This document shows, one piece after another, positions 31,463 through 41,676 of a stretch of 64,000 bases of DNA (positions within the stretch are counted from its first letter, which is position 1; every line of letters starts with the position of its first letter). The position numbers and the translations under genes are program-made. Below the pieces are notes generated by a model. That model was not told the DNA's origin and searched no databases. It was given only the letters and a program-made list of their open reading frames with translations. The stretch comes from Candidatus Limnocylindrales bacterium (lineage in GTDB: Bacteria; Moduliflexota; Moduliflexia; Moduliflexales; JAUQPW01). The stretch spans positions 1-64,000 of the forward strand of contig DATMBG010000043.1 in the NCBI GenBank assembly GCA_035559535.1, given 5' to 3'.

Positions 31463-32680
31463 ATGATTCTTAAAAAGTTATTTTTAGGAATTATTTTCAT
31501 ACTTTCAGGTCTTATCGGGGTATTGGCTTATAGTGCCGGGAAATACGACCCCGGTGCCAGCGATACTGAGATTAAAATCGGTAATACCAATCCATATAGT
31601 GGGTCTGCTTCGGCCTATGGCACAATCGGCAGGTCTATTGCGGCTTATTTCAAAAAAATTAATGAAGAGGGCGGGGTCAACGGTCGCAAGATCACCTTCA
31701 TCAGTTATGATGATGGATATAGTCCGCCCAAGACGGTGGAGCAGGTACGGCGGTTGGTGGAACAGGATCAGGTATTGTTTTTGTTTCAAACGCTGGGGAC
31801 TCCAACAAATACGGCAATTTGGAAATACCTGAACCAGAAGAAGATACCGCAGCTCTTTGTAGCCACCGGAGCTACCAAGTGGGGAGATCCCGAAGGGCAT
31901 CCCTGGACGATGGGTTGGCAGCCCAATTATCAAACCGAGGCAAAGATCTATGCCCGTTATATTTTAGAGAATTTGCCCAATGCCAGGATTGGAATCCTAT
32001 ACCAAAACGACGATTACGGGAAGGATTATGTAAAAGGGTTTAAGGACGGGCTTGGCGAGAGGGCCGGGGAGATGATCGTCTCAGAGCAAACCTATGAGGT
32101 GACGGAACCTACTGTAGATTCCCAGATTGTGAATCTGAAAAACAGTGGAGCCGATGTTTTATTCAATGTAACCACACCCAAATTTGCTGCCCAGGCGATC
32201 CGGAAGGTGGCGGATATAGGTTGGAAGCCGGTCCACTTCCTGAACAACGTATCGAACTCTGTAGGATCTGTGCTTCAACCGGCCGGTCTCGAAGCCTCTA
32301 AGGATATCATTTCCTCTTTCTATTTGAAGGATCCAGACGACCCTCAATGGGCGGACGATCCGGGTCGAAAAGAGTGGCTGACATGGATGGAGAAGTACTA
32401 TCCCGAGGGAAATATCCATGATTTATTTAATGTCTACGGCTACACGGTAGCCCAGGCCCTCATTCAGGTATTAAAACAGGCTGGAGATGACCTGACGCGG
32501 GAGAACATCATGCGCCAGGCTGCAAATATCAAGGATCTGGAGTTGCCGATGCTCTTACCCGGAATCAAGATCAATACCAGTCCCGCAGATTTTTATCCCA
32601 TAGAACAGCTACAACTGGGTAAGTTTAACGGAGAGAGATGGGTTCTGTTCGGCGAGGTTATTGACGCCAGCAAGAAATAA
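31463..32680 (+). CDS. Branched-chain amino acid-type ABC transporter substrate-binding protein (orphan)
   Basis: Signal peptide, INEEGGVNGRKI, DDGYSPPKT, YQNDDYG. Confidence 0.92.
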   Translation: MILKKLFLGIIFILSGLIGVLAYSAGKYDPGASDTEIKIGNTNPYSGSASAYGTIGRSIAAYFKKINEEGGVNGRKITFISYDDGYSPPKTVEQVRRLVEQDQVLFLFQTLGTPTNTAIWKYLNQKKIPQLFVATGATKWGDPEGHPWTMGWQPNYQTEAKIYARYILENLPNARIGILYQNDDYGKDYVKGFKDGLGERAGEMIVSEQTYEVTEPTVDSQIVNLKNSGADVLFNVTTPKFAAQAIRKVADIGWKPVHFLNNVSNSVGSVLQPAGLEASKDIISSFYLKDPDDPQWADDPGRKEWLTWMEKYYPEGNIHDLFNVYGYTVAQALIQVLKQAGDDLTRENIMRQAANIKDLELPMLLPGIKINTSPADFYPIEQLQLGKFNGERWVLFGEVIDASKK

Positions 32681-32758
32681 ATAATATCAACTCCTTCTCA
32701 AAATTGTTTACTTAGTTTTGCTTAATATTTAAGTGCCCCTTACCCCCGGCCCCCATAC

Positions 32759-32894
32759 GCGCCAGAATAGGAAGGTTAGCTCCGGCGGGGCGACCTGTTT
32801 CACAGGCCGCTCCTCTGGAGCTTGAAGAAAATTTTGAATGACTGAAACCCCCGACTTGCTCGGGGGCTACCGACAGTTTGCCCCTGACGGGACT
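32759..32894. repeat. Dispersed ~135 bp repeat, copy 1
   Basis: Closely matches 61434-61569 (core ggggcgacctgtttcacaggccgctcct..ggagcttgaagaaaatt). Confidence 0.85.
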
Positions 32895-32952
32895 TTTCAG
32901 CTTGACCTGACACCTGGAGGTTGAGGGTGGGGGAAGAGTTCCATAGAATTAA

Positions 32953-33303
32953 CTTTACAAGGGAGGGGATGGGAAGACCGATGTGGTGGTGTGGAGACCT
33001 GGGACGGGGAGCTGGTATGGGGTATGGTCTGGTGGGGGGATAGTGATTCAACCCTGGGGTTTAAGGGGAGATGAACCGGTACCTGGGGATTATGATGGAG
33101 ACCGAAGAGCGGACTGGGCGGTTTGGCGAGGGGATAAAGGGCAGTGGTACATAATTTTATCTTCTACAGGTCAGATTGTGGTGAAGTCGTTGGGGCAGGC
33201 AGGGGATCAACCGGTGCCTGGGGATTACAATGGAGATGGGATTACGGATCTGGCTGTTTGGCGTCCTGGGACTGGGACGTGGTTTATAAGTATTGACAAG
33301 TAG
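32953..33303 (+). pseudogene. C-terminal fragment of an FG-GAP/VCBS-repeat protein
   Basis: GDGKTDVVVWR, PGDYDGDRRAD, PGDYNGDGITD repeats; frame begins mid-repeat after a TAA; no signal peptide. Confidence 0.65.
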
Positions 33304-33522
33304 CAGGTGAGGGGGTCCTTCGGGTAGACGGCAGCCGCCATGGCCCCCCTCCATGGCGGGTTTTACTTTTTTTACTTAGTTCCTAACCCCTCCAACACCC
33401 CTTCCCTTACAGGGAAATCGGGGGGATTAGATCCAAAAAGATACCCCTGAAAGGGAGAGCTGGGGAATGTTCGGTCAGAAAAAAGTGACGCCTGCAAAAT
33501 TGTGACAGTTACCAATAGTTCA

Positions 33523-34917
33523 TTAAGTCTCTGGAGTAATTATTTTTAAGGAAAGGGCCTCTGCAGCCAGGAAATTCTCGGGATTTCGTTGGGGGGTGAA
33601 AATAGCTAAAATCCCGGGTTGTTTGCCGGGAGTTAAACTCCCCAAGATTTTTTCTAATCCCAGGTACCGGGCGCCGTTTAGAGTAGCCCATTGAATTAAA
33701 AGGGCCGAGGAGAGATGGGGAAATGCATGCTGGATTGTTTTAAGCTCGTCCAGGATACTGAGCCGATCGTTACTGGCTAAACTATCGGTGCCCAGAGTAA
33801 TATTGGGATGAACGGCGGCCATTTGATCGATGGGAGGAAGCCGACCCTCAACAAAGAGGTTGCTTTTAGGACAAAGGGCTATAAAGGTGTTGGGTTGAGT
33901 AGCCAGGTGCTGAAGTTCGTCTTCCCGGATATAGATGAGGTGAACATAGAGTCGGCGGTTTTCAAATCCTAAACAACGTTCGGCATAAAAAACGGAACGG
34001 AGCCCGGGAGGTCTCCAGTTATCCAGGGAGTATCCCAGTTGTCGGAGGTAATCGGCAAAAAACCCCCTGCCTTTTTCAATCAGCATACGCTCTTCCGGGT
34101 TTTCTAATAAATGCAAAGATAGAGGGGTTCTCGTTTCCAGTGCGTAAGCAGCTACTTTCTGCAACAGAGGTTCCGAACAGGAATAAATAGCATGTCCTGT
34201 TAATCCGGTTGCAATCTGGGTTCTGAACTCTAATAAGTTTTCTTGTGGAATTATATCCCCTATCTTTGCGGGTCTTCGGGTCGATCCCTCTCCATGTTCC
34301 TGCATCTCCAGGTCTCCATTTCTCCGCATCGTCTCTCGATTCAAGAAAGCTTTTCCCTCTTCAAAGATTCGTTCGGCGGCTTGAGGATCGAACTTAATCA
34401 ATTCGAGAAGGAAGAGTCCCTGTAACCCGGATTCCCTAAAAAAAGGGAGGGAACGTCCTGTATTTCCAATATCAACCAGACCAACCACTCCTTCCTGCCG
34501 CAGCTCCTGCAAGGCTTCTTGAATTCCCTGCTCGATCCTCAAAGGATCGGCATTTCGTAATCCCATTACCTGTCGAACAAAGGAGGGTAATCCTCCACCC
34601 GGTCGAAGTCGGCCACGCAGATGGCTTAATTCCAAATGACAGTGGGTGTTTATGAATCCCGGAACCAATACCGCTTCATAACGCTGTTCCGGGACCTTGG
34701 GAAATCGTGCTCGCACTTCTCGCCAGGGTCCACAGTCCAAAATCATTCCATTCTTAGAAAGGACCACGGCCCCTTCTCGAAGAGGAGGGGTTGTGATGGG
34801 AAGTACAAGGGGGGCCGTTATCAGGGTAACCGGGGAGGAATAAGAAAAAGGGGGGAATATAGAATCCCCTCCCGTTCTCCCACTCTCCGGTCTTCTCATT
34901 TTTCTTTCGTCTTTCAT
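33523..34917 (-). CDS. Amidohydrolase, probable aminodeoxyfutalosine deaminase
   Basis: PGFINTHCHLELS, HLLE, LGTDSLASN; last gene of the mqn operon. Confidence 0.75.
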   Translation of the reverse strand: MKDERKMRRPESGRTGGDSIFPPFSYSSPVTLITAPLVLPITTPPLREGAVVLSKNGMILDCGPWREVRARFPKVPEQRYEAVLVPGFINTHCHLELSHLRGRLRPGGGLPSFVRQVMGLRNADPLRIEQGIQEALQELRQEGVVGLVDIGNTGRSLPFFRESGLQGLFLLELIKFDPQAAERIFEEGKAFLNRETMRRNGDLEMQEHGEGSTRRPAKIGDIIPQENLLEFRTQIATGLTGHAIYSCSEPLLQKVAAYALETRTPLSLHLLENPEERMLIEKGRGFFADYLRQLGYSLDNWRPPGLRSVFYAERCLGFENRRLYVHLIYIREDELQHLATQPNTFIALCPKSNLFVEGRLPPIDQMAAVHPNITLGTDSLASNDRLSILDELKTIQHAFPHLSSALLIQWATLNGARYLGLEKILGSLTPGKQPGILAIFTPQRNPENFLAAEALSLKIITPET

Positions 34918-34979
34918 TAAAGGATTGTCTGGATTCGTTCGAGGGCTTGGTATCTTGGCGGAGTTCTTTAGGGATGGAG

Positions 34980-36041
34980 TTAGATCAATTCATATTGCAT
35001 ATTTCGCCGTCTTGGAATAAATCCGGCCATACGGATATGATACTCGGCCTGAGCAGTATCCATTTTGTAGTGGGCTCCTGCGGCTCTGACTACATTTTCT
35101 TCGATCATGATCGAACCAAAATCATTAGCTCCGTAATAGAGTCCGGCTACGGCGATTTTAACCGGCATGGTGACCCAGGAGACCTGGAGATTATCCACGT
35201 TATGGAGCATAATTCGGGAGATGGCCAATGTAGCCAGGTATTCATGTCCTGTGGTATTTCCTTCAATTCTGCGTCCTAATACCGTGTTTTTGCTTTGATA
35301 GGGCCACGGGATAAAAGCCGTAAATCCCCCTCGTTCCTCCTGTAGCTCACGGATACGGATTAAATGTTCCAGGCGATCTTCCAACGTCTCAATATGCCCA
35401 AACATCATGGTAGCCGTTGTACGGAGGCCCAATTTATGGGCTACCCGCATGACCTCCAGCCACTCTTCGGTGGTGCACTTATTTTTGGCAATTTTCCGTC
35501 GAACCCGATCCACGAGAATTTCGGCACCGCCACCTGGAATGGAATCCAGGCCTGCTGCCATCAACCGCCGGATAACCTCTTCAATGGAAAGCTTGCTGAT
35601 CTGGGTAATATGAATGATTTCCGGGGGACTCAAAGCATGGAGTTTAATGGGGTAGCGACTTTTGATCTTTCGGAAGAGATCTTCGTAATATTCAATTCCC
35701 AGATCTGGATTATGCCCTCCCTGAAGGAGGAGTTGATGCCCACCCAGTTGTAAGGTCTCTTCAATTTTTGCATACAGCTCCGCTTCTGTCAAAACATAGC
35801 CTTCCTCGTGACCAGGGGGTCGATAAAAAGCGCAGAAGTGACAATCTGCATTGCAAATATTGGTGTAGTTCACATTGCGGTCGATGATATAGGTGACGAT
35901 CTTATCCTTTTTCTTCATCATCCGCAATTCATGAGCCAGAAGCCCCAGTTCACTCAGGGGTAGTTTTTGATAAAGCTGTTTTCCCTCCTCCAGGCTAAGG
36001 GGTTGGAAAGAAAGGGCTTTATCTATTAAACGGGTTATCAT
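34980..36041 (-). CDS. mqnC: Cyclic dehypoxanthinyl futalosine synthase (radical SAM)
   Basis: IDRNVNYTNICNADCHFC, GANDFGSIMIEENVV. Confidence 0.92.
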   Translation of the reverse strand: MITRLIDKALSFQPLSLEEGKQLYQKLPLSELGLLAHELRMMKKKDKIVTYIIDRNVNYTNICNADCHFCAFYRPPGHEEGYVLTEAELYAKIEETLQLGGHQLLLQGGHNPDLGIEYYEDLFRKIKSRYPIKLHALSPPEIIHITQISKLSIEEVIRRLMAAGLDSIPGGGAEILVDRVRRKIAKNKCTTEEWLEVMRVAHKLGLRTTATMMFGHIETLEDRLEHLIRIRELQEERGGFTAFIPWPYQSKNTVLGRRIEGNTTGHEYLATLAISRIMLHNVDNLQVSWVTMPVKIAVAGLYYGANDFGSIMIEENVVRAAGAHYKMDTAQAEYHIRMAGFIPRRRNMQYELI

Positions 36042-36105
36042 AAAGCCAGAGGTCAGACGTGTAGGGGCAGGTTTAAAACCTGCCTCTACTATCTGATTCC
36101 TGAAT

Positions 36106-36894
36106 TTAATGGCCTGCCTTAAGTTCTTTCAGTTCAGAAATAAGTCCTTGCTGTCCAGCCAGATGATAAAATCGTCGAAGGCCTTCATATTCCTTAGAAC
36201 CCAATTTGTAGAGGATGGCAGAGGTTAGATAAGATTCATAAATATCCGGTGAACCTCCGTGGAGTTGGGCCCATTCCCGGGCAATTTCCGGGATATGTTC
36301 CAGTCCAACCTCCAGGCTTTGATAGAAGGCCTGGATCAAATCCTCGCGTAGAGAACCCAATTTAGCCGCCCAGAAGGCAAAAACGAAGGGAAGTCCGGTC
36401 CATTCTTGCCACTCCAGGGCTAAATCATACACATAAGGAAATTGCCGACGATAGAGGAAAGCCCGGTCTCCGATGATAAGCCCCCCTTGCCTTCCTCGAA
36501 TTTCTCCTTCGTATCCGGGTTTTCCAATGTGGAAAGAAAGGGATCGTTTATATTTACGGGCCAGCAGAATCTGGACCAGGGCATTGGAAGTTCGCGAGGA
36601 GTAATCTAAGATAACCGATTGAAGGGAAGAAATGGGGACTTCGGCCACCAACAGAACCGTTTGTACAGCTCCTCGGGCTGCAATTCCTATATCAGGAACC
36701 AGGGTCAAATCGGGAATACGTTGATACTCCAGGGAAGGGATCAATCCAATCTCACCGTTCCCTTCTATAAGGGCTTGGGCACACACACTGGGGATTTCAA
36801 AAGACAACTCATAACCGGCCGGGAGCATTCCTCGCTCCAGACCGTAGACTAAAGGTTTGGTATTCAGATAAGAAACAGCAATAATTCGGATCAT
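36106..36894 (-). CDS. mqnA: Chorismate dehydratase
   Basis: VSYLNTKPL, SSRTS, LIIGDRA, TGLPFVFA. Confidence 0.92.
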   Translation of the reverse strand: MIRIIAVSYLNTKPLVYGLERGMLPAGYELSFEIPSVCAQALIEGNGEIGLIPSLEYQRIPDLTLVPDIGIAARGAVQTVLLVAEVPISSLQSVILDYSSRTSNALVQILLARKYKRSLSFHIGKPGYEGEIRGRQGGLIIGDRAFLYRRQFPYVYDLALEWQEWTGLPFVFAFWAAKLGSLREDLIQAFYQSLEVGLEHIPEIAREWAQLHGGSPDIYESYLTSAILYKLGSKEYEGLRRFYHLAGQQGLISELKELKAGH

Positions 36895-37025
36895 GGGTCT
36901 GCTCTCCGGAGTCAGTAACTCCAGCAAAAGATAAGAAATCGCTATAAATCCTGGAGATTCTTGAAATCTCGAAAGTTTTAGCCTAACGATAGGGAATAAA
37001 CAATCAATAACCGATAACAGACGAC

Positions 37026-38150
37026 TTATGGAGTAGCTTCTGTCGGTTCCCCGAGATCTTCCACAACGCCGTACAGGCTGTCCCGTTCAATGGGATGACG
37101 TCCGGCCTCTCGGATAAGGCGGATGAGTTCCTCCCGGGTCATTTCCTGGGAAGTTTTGGCTCCGGCCATATGATAAATCTTTTCCTCTACCACCGTTCCA
37201 TCGATATCATCCACCCCATAACTTAGAGCCAGTTGAGCAACCTCTGGACCAATCATGATCCAATAGGCCTTGAGATGGGGAATATTATCCATCATTAATC
37301 GGCTTACTGCGTAAGTCTTAAGATCGTCTACCACAGAAGTTTGAGGGATGTGAGACATATCGTTGTTTTCATTGTGGAATTTGAGAGGAATAAAAGCGGT
37401 AAAGCCACCGGTTTCATCCTGAAGATCTCGAAGAGCCAGCATGTGGTGGAGCCGATGTTCATAGCGCTCGATGTGTCCATATAACATGGTACAGGTGGTA
37501 CGTATCCCTAGTTTGTGGGCAGTTCGATGTACTTCGAGCCATAACTCTTGATCAGCCTTGTCGGCACAGATCTGTTGACGGATCTCCGGATGAAAAATCT
37601 CGGCTCCTCCCCCCGGCATAGAATCCATACCGGCTTCCTTTAAGGTTCGTAGGGCCTGTTCAATGGTCATCTTAGAGCGTTTGGCCATATATGGAATCTC
37701 AACGGCTGTAAAAGTTTTTAGATGAAGTTCAGGGCGGATTTTCTTGATTCCCCGGAGCATCTCCGCATAATATTCAACCCCCAGCTTGGGATGAACCCCG
37801 TTTACAATATGAAGCTCATGAACAACCCGATTATCGTATTGGTGTACTTTACGATAAACGTCTTCCAGGGACATTTCATAACCGCCTTCCTGTCCGGGTT
37901 TCCTGGCAAAGGAACAAAAGCTACAACTGTAAATACAAATATTGGTACTGTTAATATGAAAATTCCGAATAAAATAAGCTTTATTTCCATGAAGTCGTTC
38001 CCGTACCAGGTTGGCCAGATATCCCAGCAGGTTTAAATTATCGCAATTAAAAAGCCGCAAACCTTCTTCAAAGTTGAGCCGTTTTCCTTCGTGGACTTTC
38101 TCAATAATATCTTTGTAACCGGGATAACGCTCGAATAGTATGGAAAGCAA
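37026..38150 (-). CDS. mqnE: Aminofutalosine synthase (radical SAM)
   Basis: CIYSCSFC, HLKAYWIM, DGTVVEEKIYHMAGA. Confidence 0.93.
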   Translation of the reverse strand: MLSILFERYPGYKDIIEKVHEGKRLNFEEGLRLFNCDNLNLLGYLANLVRERLHGNKAYFIRNFHINSTNICIYSCSFCSFARKPGQEGGYEMSLEDVYRKVHQYDNRVVHELHIVNGVHPKLGVEYYAEMLRGIKKIRPELHLKTFTAVEIPYMAKRSKMTIEQALRTLKEAGMDSMPGGGAEIFHPEIRQQICADKADQELWLEVHRTAHKLGIRTTCTMLYGHIERYEHRLHHMLALRDLQDETGGFTAFIPLKFHNENNDMSHIPQTSVVDDLKTYAVSRLMMDNIPHLKAYWIMIGPEVAQLALSYGVDDIDGTVVEEKIYHMAGAKTSQEMTREELIRLIREAGRHPIERDSLYGVVEDLGEPTEATP

Positions 38151-38248
38151 AGTTCCTCCTCAATAAAGAAGCAAGAGGACCAAGAACAAAGGGAAAAGGA
38201 AATTTTATTTTTGCCTTTTATCCTTTGCCTTTTATCCTTTGCCTTTTG

Positions 38249-39082
38249 CTAAAAAACGGTTACTTCCACCGGATGAGGGATGATTCCTTTCTGATAACCT
38301 TTTTCCAGGAAGAGTTGAATGGCTTTTCTTCCAGATTCCCCAAAATCCAGAGTTAACTCATTAACATACATACTTACAAATTTATCCGTCAACTTCGGTT
38401 TCAAGCCCCGGGCAAAGTTAGCCGCATAGACCAGTGCTTCTTCCCTGTGGGTAAGGGCATAATGGATACTCTGTTTCAAGTAAGCCGAAATTCGGGGGAT
38501 TAAATCCCAACCCAGATCTCGGCGAATCACATTTCCGCCCAACGGAAGTGGTAATCCGGTCTCTTCGTACCACCATTCTCCTAAATCGATGATTTTATGA
38601 AGTCCGAGATCTTTGTAAGTGAGCTGACCTTCGTGAATAAGAAGTCCTGCTTCACAAACCCCTTTCTGTACGGCCTCTAGAATTTTATCAAAGGGAATAA
38701 TTTGGTAGGTAAACTCAGGCTGGAAGAGCTTTAAAGCCAGATAGGCCGAGGTTTTAATCCCCGGGATAGCGATGGTTTTTCCGGCCAATTCCGAGGGAGG
38801 AAAAGGTTTAGAGGCAATAACCAGGGGACCATACCTTAAACCCATGCTGGCCCCTGAGGAAAGAAGGGCATATTTATCTGCAATATACGCATAGGCATGG
38901 AAGGAAATGGCAGTTAGATCATAGACTCCCTGAGTCGCTTTTTGATTAAGGGTCTCGATATCTTGGAGAATATGTTTAAAATGTAAATGGCCTGTATCTA
39001 TTTTCCCATGAGCCAGCGCATAAAACATGAAGGCATCATCGGAATCCGGACTATGGGCTATAGTAATTTCTCGAATGGACAT
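38249..39082 (-). CDS. mqnD: 1,4-dihydroxy-6-naphthoate synthase
   Basis: HSPDSDDAFMF, IHEGQLTY, LPLPLGG, MYVN. Confidence 0.93.
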   Translation of the reverse strand: MSIREITIAHSPDSDDAFMFYALAHGKIDTGHLHFKHILQDIETLNQKATQGVYDLTAISFHAYAYIADKYALLSSGASMGLRYGPLVIASKPFPPSELAGKTIAIPGIKTSAYLALKLFQPEFTYQIIPFDKILEAVQKGVCEAGLLIHEGQLTYKDLGLHKIIDLGEWWYEETGLPLPLGGNVIRRDLGWDLIPRISAYLKQSIHYALTHREEALVYAANFARGLKPKLTDKFVSMYVNELTLDFGESGRKAIQLFLEKGYQKGIIPHPVEVTVF

Positions 39083-39173
39083 AAGCTACCTCCCCACTTA
39101 TAAGGGTATGCTCCCCCCGGGGAACTGTCAACCATCTAAATGTTAGATTTCAGTTTTCCTGGGTAAACCTTAA

Positions 39174-40361
39174 CTAAATAACCCCCTCTTTTTTAAGAAG
39201 CGTCAGATCTTCCTGGCTCAAATTCAAAAGCTCTCTGAGAACTTCCTCCGTATGTTGTCCTATTTCAGGTGCCGAACCCTGGATATGGGAAGGGGTTCTC
39301 GAGAACTTGACCGGATGGGAAATCACTCGAACTTTGCCGATACCCGGGTGATCTAACTCGGTAATCATCCCTCGGACTTTGAGGTGGAGATCTTCGGCGA
39401 TTTCATCGATAGTGTTGAGAGGTCCTCCCGGGATACGATTTGCTTCTAAAATTTGGATCCATTGATCGGTCGTTTTTGTTTTGGTTATGGTGGTTAGAAG
39501 GGTTTCTAAAATTTTATGATGTTTGGTGCGAAGATCATTGGTTTTAAACCGCTCATCCTCTAAAAGATCTTCACGACCTATCGCTTTCAAGAACCTCTCC
39601 CATTGATCATTTTTGGAAATAGCCAGAACGATATAGCCATCTTGAGACGGGAATACCTGAAAAGGAGTAACCACCGGATGTCGAGTTCCCAGAGGTCCTG
39701 GAACTTCTCCGGTGGCAAAGTATCGGGAAAAAGCGTTCTCCAGTAGTGCAACCTGGGTATCCAGCATGGCCACGTCGATCATCTGTCCTTTTCCTGAATT
39801 GCTCCGCTCGTAGAGGGCTGCAAGTATTCCCAAAGCAGTAAATAGTCCGGCTCCCAGATCGGCTATCGAAAAACCAGCTCGAACCGGAGGACCTCCAGGT
39901 TCGCCTGTGATACTCAACGTTCCGGCCATCCCCTGAATAATAATATCATAGGCACCCCTTTGGGCGTAGGGTCCTGTTTGACCAAATCCTGAGCAGGCCG
40001 CATAAATGATCTTTGGGTTTACCTTTTTTATTTCCTCATAGCCTAATCCCAATTTATCCATAACGCCAGGCCTGAAATTCTCTAGAAGAATATCAGACTT
40101 TTCTGCGAGTTGTAACAGGATTTTTTTACCTCTAGGATCTTTTAAATTTAATGTAACACTTTTTTTTCCCCGATTGATACTTAAAAAGTAAGAACTCAAC
40201 CCTTGAATATAAGGGCCGTGCTTTCGGGTAGGATCTCCTTCACCTGGAATTTCTATCTTGAGCACCTCAGCTCCCATATCCGCAAGAAGCATACTCGCAA
40301 AAGGGCCTGCAAGAGCCCAGGTTAAATCTAAAACTCGAATAGAATGGAGGGGTCCTGGCAT
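39174..40361 (-). CDS. CoA-transferase family III (CaiB/BaiF)
   Basis: LAGPFASMLLADMGAEV, NRGKKS, ENFRPG, GFGQTGP. Confidence 0.93.
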   Translation of the reverse strand: MPGPLHSIRVLDLTWALAGPFASMLLADMGAEVLKIEIPGEGDPTRKHGPYIQGLSSYFLSINRGKKSVTLNLKDPRGKKILLQLAEKSDILLENFRPGVMDKLGLGYEEIKKVNPKIIYAACSGFGQTGPYAQRGAYDIIIQGMAGTLSITGEPGGPPVRAGFSIADLGAGLFTALGILAALYERSNSGKGQMIDVAMLDTQVALLENAFSRYFATGEVPGPLGTRHPVVTPFQVFPSQDGYIVLAISKNDQWERFLKAIGREDLLEDERFKTNDLRTKHHKILETLLTTITKTKTTDQWIQILEANRIPGGPLNTIDEIAEDLHLKVRGMITELDHPGIGKVRVISHPVKFSRTPSHIQGSAPEIGQHTEEVLRELLNLSQEDLTLLKKEGVI

Positions 40362-40548
40362 AAGCGGATTATTTAACCGGCCATGAAGAGAAGAAAGGGT
40401 TAATGATTCCTTGTTAATTTAGACGATTTAGGGTAAAAAGTTTAAGAGTTAACACAAACTCCTTGACAAGAATCCTCTTTGTTTAGTATGTATTCTCTAG
40501 TATTTTATCCTTAAATTACAACTTCTACAAGCTTTCTTTAAAAAGAAA

Positions 40549-41067
40549 ATGGACGAAGAGATTATAGCCAGTTTCGTTCATGAGATCAATAATTCTTTGT
40601 ACGCTATTCAACTCTCTGTCAGCCATGCCTTAACAGATTTAGAACCGGAGAGAAAAACGCAATTGTTAGAAGGGGTCTTACAGCAAATAGATCAGATAGC
40701 CGACTTAACAAAAAAACTAAGGGATTTTTCCAGGTCTTCCCAGGAAATCTCGGAGATAGAGGTAAAAAGCTTCTTGAAAGAGATTATTTCTCTGTTAGCA
40801 CCCTATCTCAAGCGTAAACGTATTCAACTTAATACCCAATTCGAGGGGCCACCCCTTTTTATAAAAGCTAACTTGAATCAATTGAAAGAAGAATTTTTCA
40901 ATTTGATCAAGCGTATTGGCATAGGAGAAGTTGGAAAATCTTCTGGGCCCCAGGAGTTGGAAATAAAAGTAACCGACCAAGGAGATCAGGTAATTATAGA
41001 GGCGATGGGGCCAGAAGTACCGGCAGATCGATTTGCGATTAGTAAAAACCTAAGTTCGCAAATCTAA
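40549..41067 (+). CDS. Histidine kinase DHp domain with degenerate ATPase domain and no sensor
   Basis: ASFVHEINNSL H-box; N box and G boxes degenerate or missing. Confidence 0.65.
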   Translation: MDEEIIASFVHEINNSLYAIQLSVSHALTDLEPERKTQLLEGVLQQIDQIADLTKKLRDFSRSSQEISEIEVKSFLKEIISLLAPYLKRKRIQLNTQFEGPPLFIKANLNQLKEEFFNLIKRIGIGEVGKSSGPQELEIKVTDQGDQVIIEAMGPEVPADRFAISKNLSSQI

Positions 41068-41086
41068 GGAAGATAAGGGTCGATGT

Positions 41087-41377
41087 ATGGCTATAAGTAA
41101 AAGTAAAATTAAAAGGAAACGAACAAAATTAAAACAAAAATATAAACGAAGGAAAAAAATGCTAAAGCTCAGGAAGCAAGAAGCTGCAGCCATGGGCAGT
41201 CCAGAGGCCGGCACTTCGGAGGTTAAGCCCGAAGGAAAATCAGCCCAGAAATCGGCAGGTGAAGGAAGAGGCACTCCAAAGCCCGCGGGGTTTATTCAGG
41301 AAGAGGAGACTTCTATACCCGAAGAAGCTGGAGAGGTTACGCCTGAACCTGAAGAATCGGAATCTGAATCCGAGTAG
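41087..41377 (+). CDS. Small protein, highly basic N-terminus and acidic C-terminus
   Basis: ORF with plausible start; followed by hairpin gtaggggcatgg-gcg-ccatgcccttac. Confidence 0.55.
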   Translation: MAISKSKIKRKRTKLKQKYKRRKKMLKLRKQEAAAMGSPEAGTSEVKPEGKSAQKSAGEGRGTPKPAGFIQEEETSIPEEAGEVTPEPEESESESE

Positions 41378-41676
41378 GGGCATGGGCGCCATGCCCTTAC
41401 TTAGGGGTTTCCTCAGAGCATTTAGCTTGAAATCAAGGGAGTATGGGAATTGGCCTGTACTCCCGCTTCTTTTTATTCCCATACTCCCCAAAGGGGTTAT
41501 TTGAAAACGAAAGGGAAGTTTTAGTGGGCTAAACGAGCTAAAGACTCCAGGTGACTTTTAGTTCCCTCCTGCCATCCTTAAGGTAAGGAGAAGACAAATC
41601 CATATTTATCCGTCCTTTTCAGGAAAATTTTTCCCCATCCTTCAGAATTCCTGGTAGTTCCCCTCAGCTTTAAGCC

